Shown here piece by piece: positions 50,946-64,000 of a stretch of 64,000 nt of DNA (position 1 is the first letter of the stretch; each line of letters opens with the position of its first letter). The stretch is from contig NC_086097.1 of NCBI RefSeq assembly GCF_963921235.1, positions 244,344,001-244,408,000 of the forward strand, written 5' to 3'. Origin of the DNA: Mobula hypostoma (taxonomy: Eukaryota). Under the pieces are notes generated by a model. That model had not been told where the DNA came from. It saw only the letters and a program-made list of their open reading frames with translations, and made no database searches. The position numbers and the translations under genes were made by a program.

Positions 50946-51619
50946 GCATCCCTGATCTCTAGTTCTAGTCTCACCCAACCTGACAGGAAAGACCGCTTGA
51001 ATTTACCCTATCTGTACACACTTCATAATTTTACATTCCTCTATCAAATTTCCCATCTTTCTCCTACAAACCTATTCACTCTTTTCCCATAACTCAGGTC
51101 TTCAAATCCCGGCAACATTTTTGAGCATTTTCTCTGTGCCCTTTCTTTCATATCGATATCTTTCCTGTGGGTAGGTGACCCAGAACAGCACACAATACTC
51201 CAAATTAGACCTCACCATCTTATAAAACTCAAACATCCCAACTCCTGTAGTCAGTGCTTTGACTTAGGGAGGCCAATGTGCCAAAAGCTCTCCTTACGAC
51301 CGTAACTACCTGTGATACCACTTTCAAAGAATTATGGATCTGTATTCCCATGAGTAGGAAACCTTTCTGCTGGGTAAGTTTAAGAAAAGTCCCAAAATAC
51401 TTTGCAATTATATTAAGGGCAAAGGGGTAGCAGGGAAAGGGTGGGTCACTTAATGGACCAAAATGGCAAATAAATACGCTCATCTGGATTGACCAAGGAA
51501 CGCAATTCAGGATGGAAGGCCGAATGCTAGAATATGTTATGCTTAAAAGATATTTTACTGGTTTAAATCTGGATAAACCCCCAAGGCTGGTTAAGATGCT
51601 GCAGATATAGTTGTAGACA

Positions 51620-52035
51620 CAGCAGTGGGTCCTCAAGTGGCTGTAGAGGCTGACCTGGGATCCACACAAGCGGGATGTTAGGGTGGGATTCCTCAATGAA
51701 GAATACCTTGCATAATTTTGTTTAACGTGGGAAGGCTGATGCATGGGCAGCCACCACACGGACCTTGACAGATCAGGGTCAGGATCCAGTGACGTGGAAC
51801 GCAAGACGACCGGCGACCCTTCACTGCTGCGACCTTCCTCAACCGTCACTGCCGTTGTGATGTCGTCATCTTCCGCCAGCGCCATTGATGAGGTCTTGGC
51901 GGGATCGTTTTTCACGTGGAACCTTCCCATTGATTTTACTGCAATGAGTGACCCTACCAGGAGCTAGGCTCCAGACGTCATTGCTCTCAGGATCTGAGGA
52001 ATTCACAAGTTCCTCCCCCACAGGGTGACAGTCCT
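51620..52035 (-). mobile_element. Internally deleted RTE-clade element (5' UTR fused to extreme 3' end)
   Basis: RTE-type 5' UTR (gctcctggtagggtcac) joined to LCGSQVSLYSHLRTH, resembling the RTE C-terminus. Other RTE-like non-autonomous pieces at about 32380-32640, 45005-45290 and 54290-54660. Confidence 0.65.
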
Positions 52036-53464
52036 TGGAGAAGTGTTGAGATTTATCTCAGGCTGCGAGGGAGGATGATACAGGAGCCCTAACAGAGAAT
52101 TTTAACCCCTCACAGGGCAGATTACTGGAGGACAGCAAATGTGATATCCCAAGTCAAGAAGGGCAGTGGGTAATTAATTAGAGGCCTGCGAATCTAACAT
52201 CAGTGCTTTGGAAGTTACTGGTAAAATTAACATACTTGGAAAGGCAAGGATTGTTTGGTGGAGATTGTATTAAATATGAGGACATATAAACAATGTGTTT
52301 TAAGCAATTTATCTTGACTTTATGATGTTCCACAAGGGAGGAAGTTAAAGTCCACTGGATCCAGGGCGAGTTGGAAAATTCGACTGGAAGCTTGTGACTC
52401 TCAGAATGATAGAATCACACAGCATGGGAGAGAGACACTATTCCAGATCGGGGCAGTGAATTCCAGATTTCAGTTCTGGCATCCCCTGTAGAGAGTTTTT
52501 GGCACAATCAGAGTTGCACCACAAGGCTGGGGGCTGAGACATGAGTGGGATATTAATGTAGAGGTGCGATTAGCAAGTCTGCAGATTGCACAAGGAAGTC
52601 TTATTTAGTTCTCACAAACAAAAGACGAAGTTTGATACAATGGAAGAATAGTATTAGGCTGTAAGATCACATTGGTGATAGGTTAGAGTCACCGTGTCAC
52701 AGAACAGTATGGCACAGAAACAGGTCCCCTGGCCCATCAGACCCATGCTGAACTGCTAACCTGTCTAGTCCACCAACCTGCACACAAATCATACCCCTCC
52801 AAACCCCTCCCATCCATGTACCGTTCCAAACTTCTCTTAAATGTTGAAATTGAGCTTGCATTCACCAGTTGTACCGGCAGCTCATTCCACACTCTCGCAA
52901 CCCTCTAGGTGAAAAAGCTCCCCCTCATGCTCTCTTCAAATATTTCACCTTTCATCTTTAACCCATACCTAGTTGTTGTCCCACCCAACCTCACTGGAAA
53001 AAGCCTGCTTGCATTAACCTATCCATACCCCTCATAATTTGGTACAACTCTATCAAATCTCCCCTCATTCTCCTGCGCTCTGGAAAAATGAGGGCCCTAC
53101 CCCTCACTCTCCACAAAGTGCTGCAGAACCACCCTCCTGGCCATTGCTGGGAAGGCGAGAGCTTATTATGGAGCTGGCAGAGTTTACAACTGCACAACCA
53201 CTCCATTCCAAAAGACATATTTGACATACTTAAGTGGGACCACTTTGTTGGTTAGCTCTGATTAAGTAGGTGAACTAAACAATTGAGTGTAAAAGGACAA
53301 ATGAGAACGTGAGAAAAAAAATTGCAATCCCAGGACGAATTATTTTTAGGTACTAGAGTGATTTTAAAAAAGTACAATAGTAGTTTGATATCTATCTCAA
53401 ATTGTCTCACAGGGTATGGAATACAAATGATAAGGAAATGGTGCTGCAATTATCTTGAGGCATA

Positions 53465-54140
53465 TTCGGAACACACACCAGTCCTCATCGAGGGGTCGGC
53501 AGCGGAAAGGGTGAGCGGTTTCAAGTTCCCGGGTGCCAGCGTCTCTGAAGAGTTAACCTGGGCCCAGCATATTGATGCAGTTACAAAGGAAGCACGCCAG
53601 CAGCCGGAGTTTGCAGAGACTTGCTACGTCACCGAAGACTCTTGCAAGTTTCTACAGCTGTACCATGGACAGCATTCTAACTGGATGCATCCGGAGGGGC
53701 CACTGCACTGGATCAGAAAGAGATGCTGAAAGTTGCAATCTCAGCTAGCTCCATCCTGCTACCAGCCTCCCCAGCATCCCGAACTTGTTCAACAGGCAAT
53801 GCCTCAAAAAGCCGGCATCCATGATCAAGGACCCCCATTACCCAGGACGTCCTCTTCTCATTGCTACAATCAGGAAGGAGGTACAGGACCCTGAAGACCC
53901 ACACTCAAAACTTCAGGAACAGCATCTTCCCCTCCACCATCAGATTTCTGAATGGACATTGAATGCATGAACACCACCTCACTATTTATTTTCTTCTTGT
54001 TTGCTCTCTTTTTGCACTACTAATTTAATTGATAACTAGCTTATTGAAATGTATACTTTGTTTTTATTATACATTGCAATGTTCTGCTGCCACAAAACAA
54101 CATATTTCATGACATTTGCCAGTGATACGAAACCTGATTC
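53465..54140 (+). mobile_element. Rex-Babar-type LINE 3' fragment
   Basis: EHTPVLIEGS..ERVSGFKFPG...LTW, CLKKPASMIKDPHYPG, and tail. Confidence 0.8.
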
Positions 54141-54781
54141 AAAAACTCTGGGTACCGAATCTCAGGAAGTAGACTCTAGGCTTGCTAAGGACCTTACAAA
54201 GGAACTGTTCGGGTAGATACCAATAAACTATTTGTCCTATCAGGAAAATGAAGAACACAGAAACAGGTCCTTCAACCCAATTATTCCATTCCAGCTCCGC
54301 TGGTCAGGGTTAACTCTGACGCTGCATCCCAGCTGTCATCTACAAGATAGGGCAGTACAATATGGAGAGAAAACTATTGCCCATGCAGCAGGCTCCCCCA
54401 CCCCACCCTCTCCACGCAGCTGATGAATCCAAAGACCGGCAGAGACCGATATACCTTGGCATCAGCAGCGTCACAAGAGTTGCCACTCAACATTCAACTC
54501 AACGTAGGGCTGCCTTCAGGATTCCAGCTTTCCTCAGGGTTTACTCCCAAAGCCTTCCCCATGAGTGGGTGTAGCCACAAGGCAGCAGAGGTATGAGATC
54601 AGAGCTTTCCTCCTCCCAGGTGAGCTGCCAACTGCGGCTGATCAGCCCATCTGCCTGAAGATTGCCTGATGTTCGGCCTATGTCTCTCTAAATCTTCCCT
54701 ATCTGTGTACCCGTCTGCACACTGCCGGCGGGACTCAGCAGGTCAGGCAGCACCTGTGGAAGGGAATAAACAGTCAACGTT

Positions 54782-55506
54782 GGAGCTGGCGGTAGACCTG
54801 AGGAGAGCTAAGGTACCGGTGACCCCTGTTTCCATCCAGGGGGTCAGTGTGGACATGGTGGAGGGTTACAAATACCTGGGGATACGAATTGACAATAAAC
54901 TGGGCTGGTCGAAGAACACTGAGGCTGTCTACAAGAAGGGTCAGAGCCGCCTCTATTTTCTGAGGAGACTGAGGTCCTTTAACATCTGTCGGACGATGCT
55001 GAGGATGTTCTATGAGTCTGTGGTGGCCGGTGCGATCATGTTTGCTGTTGTGTGCTGGGGCAGCAGGCTGAGGGTAGCAGACACCAACAGAATCAACAAA
55101 CTCATTCGTAAGGCCAGTGATGTTGTGGGGATGGAACTGGACTCTCTGACGGTGGTGTCTGAAAAGAGGATGCCGTCTAAGTTGCATGCCATCTTGGACA
55201 ATGTCTCCCATCCACTACATAATGTACTGGGTGGGCACAGGAGACATTCAGCCAGAGACTCATTCCACCGAGACGCAACACAGAGCGTCATAGGAAGTCA
55301 TTCCTGCCTGTAGCCATCAAACTTTACAACTCCTCCCTTGGAGGGTCAGACACCCTGAGACAATAGGCTGGTCCTGGACTTATTTCCTGTCATAATTTAC
55401 ATATTACTATTTAACTATTTATGGTTTTATTACTATTTATTATTTATGATGCAACTGTAACGAAAACCAATTTCCCCCGGGATCAATAAAGTAGGACTAT
55501 GACTAT
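54782..55506 (+). mobile_element. Young Rex-Babar-type 3' fragment inserted in a Penelope hammerhead remnant
   Basis: ORF 54669-55313 and (GACTAT) tail. Flanks rejoin as cagtcaacgtttcaggccaagacccttc. Confidence 0.88.
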
Positions 55507-56310
55507 GTTTCAGGCCAAGACCCTTCTCGCGTTCATCGTGTACTGATCGCCAATTTGAGATGGTGCTGGTGAAAGCCTAGTGACTACTTACTGGCAGCAA
55601 ACAAAACAAAGGATAGCGCCAAATATTTTACTAACAACACTTTTCCTTGTAAAATTTTTGGGAAGTGATCACTGCAAACTACGGAGAGGCAAGCGAAGGT
55701 GCGGCTGAGTTGAGGGCCAAAGCATGTGGGTATGAGGTGAAATCGAGGCATGTTCAAGGCAAAGTTGGGATGAGGTCGGGGCTTATTTGAGGCTAAGCTG
55801 GAGCGGAGGAGAGGCAGATTTGAGGCCCATCCACCTAAACCGAGAGCGAGGTTTGATCGATCTAAGCACCAGGCTGACTTGGAAAGGTTGAGTACCGGCC
55901 AATTGTGGCAGCAAGATCCAGGCCCAGAGCATATCAATGCAACAGGGCCCAGGTCCTAGTGCGAGGAATGACCCAATGTTTGGACGATTTAAACGCTGGG
56001 CCAGTGGATTGAAAAGGCAAGGTATCGGGACAAGAAGCGAGGGTCGCACCAGCCCCGCTCGCTGCTCTGTGACAATTGCTCAGCTCTGTGCTGAACTGAA
56101 GCTGAGGCTGTGGCCTACTCTGGGCTTCCTATCTATTGACTCACTTTCATTCCGAATGCTATTTGCTTACTTTTATTGTTTGCACAATTACTTTTTTTTC
56201 CTCTGCATGTTGGGTATATTTGACGGTCTTTTTTAAAAAAAATGGGTTCTTTTGGGTTTCTTTGTTTTGTGGCTGCCTGTAAGGAGACAAACTCAAGGTT
56301 GTATATTGTA

Positions 56311-60437
<4,127 letters not shown>

Positions 60438-62299
60438 TATATGTACAAACGTACTTTGATAATAAATGTACTTTGAACGTTGACTTTACAGGTTGCAATT
60501 GTGTCTGCCTCAAACATTTCCCCGGTCGGTGCTGGCGTCGATATTAACGATTTGGATGAGAACATACAAGGAATAGTCAGTACATTTGCAGCAAACACTT
60601 AAGACAGTGATGTGGAAGATGAAGATTGCAGTGGGACCTTGATCGGCTTGGTGGGTGGGCTGAGCAATGGAAAGTGGAATTTAATTTAGGAAAGTGAAAA
60701 ATGCTACACTTTGCAAGCACAAATCCAGGCAGGACATTTATACTGAATGGAAAGGGTCTGGGTACTATAGTAGGACAGAGAGTAAGTCCATAGTCCCCTT
60801 GAAGTGGAGTCACAGGTAGATAGAGTGGTGAAGGTTTTTCCCTCAGTCAGGGCACTTAATATACAAGTTGGGAAGGTTGCAATCGTGCAAAACATTGGGG
60901 AGGCCACACTTGGAGTACTGTCACCCTGTCATGTTACAAGGACTTGAGGGACTGTAATAGCGAGAGGCTAGACTGGCCTGCCCTTTGCTCCGTAAAGTAC
61001 AGGAGACTGAGGGATGATCTCATAGAAGTAAAAGAGCAGAGTTTCAAGATGGCATCAAGCTGTGACGTCCATTGAGTTGCAACTTAGATTTTATTGTTTT
61101 TTTAAATGTTTAATTTTTAATTTTGATTGTTTCTTAGGTTTGCAGGAATGGTTCTGAATACAGAGAGGGGAGTCAGGGGTCAGGTTAAGGTTTAGGAACC
61201 AGGGAAGTGGGGGAATTAGAGGTCAGGCTGGAGTCTAAGTCTCCACTCCACACTCAAACAGCAGCAACATCGCATGGGACATCCATGGTCAGACGTCGGA
61301 CATGCAGGGAGTGGATGGGAGACCCTCCCCCCCCCCCAACCAAACCGGTCAGCGAGTTGCCAACAGGTTCTGCAATCAGAGTTCCTCGAAGGCAGGAGGA
61401 ACCAGTTCCAATGACCCCTTAGGTTTGTGAATTGGTGACACTGGAGTTCAAGGCCTAGTGTTCATGGTCCCATCATCAACGAGTCCGGAGTAGGAGGTGT
61501 GCCCCGGAATCAATTCCGAGGATCAAGGCCCAGTGGTTGAATCAGAAGTCCGGAAGCTGAGGCCTATTAGCTGGAACCAAGCCTGCAAATCCGGTGAGCT
61601 CACTGAGGTGGTCAAAGCCCAATGTCTGCAGGCCCGAGCCTGTGCCTGCTGTAGGCTGCGGGCTGGAGGTCAGAGGGCTGCCCTGGGATTAAAGAATTGT
61701 GTATGTATGTGCGTGGATGGAAGGGAGCAGCAGAGACTGTTTTTGCTGTATCTTCACAAACATATTTCACTGTATGTTTCAATGTACATGTGACAAGTAA
61801 ACATGAACCTTGAACTCACGAAGAGCAAAGTTGGGGTGACAGATGATCTCCAAGGACGGAAAGAATTGAACTGCCCCAGTACAACAGCTTTTCCACCTTA
61901 AGAACTCTCCCACACAAGTCTCCTGTCATTACTGGATACAGCAGACAACCAACACAGCCCTATGATTCAACATATGGACCACACTCCGGTTAAAAACAGC
62001 TTCCTTTCAATTTCCAATTAAAACCTTTTCCTTTCACCCCAAACCAATGCCTTCTAATTTACCCTATTTATGTGCAGCTTGGTTTTTATTCACCTCAATA
62101 ATACCTCTTGCACTCCAGTGAAAAAGGTCCCAACCCAACCTTTCCCCATAAGTCAGAGAGCACAAAGGAGATTCGCTGGATGTTGCCTGGACTCTAATAA
62201 CAGTCAGGGATACTTTACCCTGGAACAACTCAAGTGAAGGGTTGATGATGGCGTTGTATAAAACTATGACAGGCATTGAATAGGCAGATAGTCAATAAT

Positions 62300-62505
62300 C
62301 TGCAACGGTATCATAGCAGTTGGCATGAGTCTATTACACCTCAGAGTGTCAGAGTTCAGAGTTCAATTCCCCATCCTCTTTAAGGACTTTGTACCTCCAT
62401 CCCGTGAACATGTGGGTTTTCCTCTTGGTGTTCTGGTTTCCTCCAACATTCCAAAGGCGTACCAGTTAGTAGGTTAATTCATCATTGTAAATTGACCTGT
62501 GCTAA
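62300..62505 (+). mobile_element. tRNA-derived SINE (HE1-like), decayed
   Basis: Head caacggtatcatagcagttgg..ctattaca, B-box gagttcaattcc and the shared SINE body. Confidence 0.7.
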
Positions 62506-62509
62506 GTTA

Positions 62510-62910
62510 GTTAGATAGATAGATAAATACTTTATTGATCCCAAATGAAATTACAGTGTCACAGTAGCATTACAAGTGCACATATATACAAATATCAGAA
62601 GAGAAGTAAAAAATAAAAAAAAAGTTACCTCAAACAGTCTAACAGGTGGGGGGTGGGGGGGGAGGTCATCACTTCCCCAGCTATAGATTGACTCATTATA
62701 AAGTCTAATGGCCGAGGGTAAGAATGACCTCATATAGTGCTCTTTGGACCAGCGCAGTTGTCTTGGTCAGTGTGTCCAGTTTGACTCCCGTAACAGAGCC
62801 AGCCTTTCTAATCAGTTCATTGAGCCTGATGGCATCACCCATGCAGATGCCATTGCCCCAGCACACCACCACATAAAAGATTATACTGGCAACAACAGAC
62901 AACATGTAAG
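62510..62910 (-). mobile_element. Rex-Babar-type LINE 3' fragment
   Basis: SVVASIIFYVVVCWG..RLNELIRKAGSV, RSFLPSAIRLYN and a (TCTA)n tail. Confidence 0.8.
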
Positions 62911-63480
62911 GCTATGGTCAAATAGGTGTGTTGCTGGGCGATGCAGTTTGTTGAGCTGGAAGGCCCTGTTCCACACTGTATCCCTAAACCAATCAGTAAA
63001 TAAAGTGATCCTTTCCCCATGGAAGGGTTATCAAGAAACAAGACACTTTAAGATTAGAGGAAGGAGATTTAAAGGGGATCTGAGGGGAAAGGTGTTTGCT
63101 GACACAGTGTGTGGTTGATACCTGAAACCCGGTGGCAGAGGAGTTGGCGGAAGCCTGCAAGATCACTGTGAGCCACTAAGGCATTGGTCAGACCGCACTG
63201 GAAGCATTGTGGGCAGCGTGGGGCCCCTTATCTAAGAAAGGATGTGCTGGCATAGGAGTGAGTCCACGGGCTGGGGGATTCAAGTCAAGCTGTCGGGCTG
63301 TCGGGCCACAGAAGCCGATTGGTTTCAGAAGAGCTGAGCTGGGTGGAGACTGTGCTACTGCATGCTACTCAGAAGCACCGGAGTTGGTGTCTTCAAGTTG
63401 GCACAAAGGTGGCATGCAGTGACAGCATGAGTGACTATCTTGGATGTTTCCTTTGCGATCGCAAGACCCTACTGGACATG

Positions 63481-63925
63481 ACTCCCACCGAGAGATCTGA
63501 CACCTGACCAGGTTCATTTCCCAATACCAGATCAAGTACAGCTTCTCCTCTAGTTGGCTTATCTACATATTGCATCAGGAAACCTTCCTGAACACACCTA
63601 ACAAACTCCACCCCATCTAAACCCCTTGCTCTCAGGAGATGCCAATCAATACTAGGGAAGTTAACATCTCCCATCACAATAACCCTATTATTATTGCACC
63701 TTTCCAGAATGTGCCTCCCTATCTGCTCCTCGATATCCCTGTTACTACTGGAGGGTCCCAGTAGAGTTATTGCCCCTTTCTTGTTTCTGACTTCCACCCA
63801 CACTGACTCAGTAGACCATCCTTCCATGAGTTCCTTCTTTTCTGCAGCCATAACACTAATCCTAATTAACAGTGCCACGCCCACACCTCTCTTGCCTCCC
63901 TCTCTGTTCTTTTTGAAACACCTAA
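63481..63925 (-). mobile_element. CR1 endonuclease fragment
   Basis: GVALLI, ESVWVE, MGDVNFPSIDW, PTRGEAVLDLVL. Confidence 0.9.
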
Positions 63926-64000
63926 AGTCGTACAGACAGTGGCAGGAATTGAACCTGAGTGGCCGGTACTGGAAAGTGTTGTGCTAGCCACTGCACTGCC

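Noticed and set aside
51229..51930. 233-aa ORF as a novel protein
   Set aside because: It runs across RTE-derived and CR1-derived pieces, so it is a chance fusion of unrelated repeats.
54420..54455. CTGATGA as another hammerhead core
   Set aside because: No stem II/GAAA/NUH arrangement follows; it lies in an RTE-like repeat.

Overview
Vertebrate genomic DNA, most likely a cartilaginous fish (inferred from the dense CR1, Rex-Babar, Penelope and HE1-like SINE content). The window lies inside a minus-strand STAC (STAC1-type) gene. Three coding exons with GT-AG sites and compatible phases were found by reading the sequence (42363-42463, 8268-8349, 7539-7648); none is recovered in its coding frame by the ORF track. 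The rest is intron, mostly nested transposable elements: many CR1 LINEs (one young copy with a 754-aa open ORF2 fragment), Rex-Babar, L2 and RTE fragments, a decayed Gypsy element, a solo LTR with a 4-bp TSD, two IR/DR Tc1 elements (one very close to Sleeping Beauty), tRNA-derived SINEs and a 5S rRNA pseudogene. The most notable signals are a size series of fold-back Penelope insertions (91 bp to 2.3 kb) with minimal hammerhead ribozymes, the Sleeping Beauty-like element, a candidate composite transposon built from two mini-MITEs, and a candidate 5S-tRNA-LINE chimeric retroposon. Family names come from recalled motifs, not database searches. Boundaries of old repeats are approximate.
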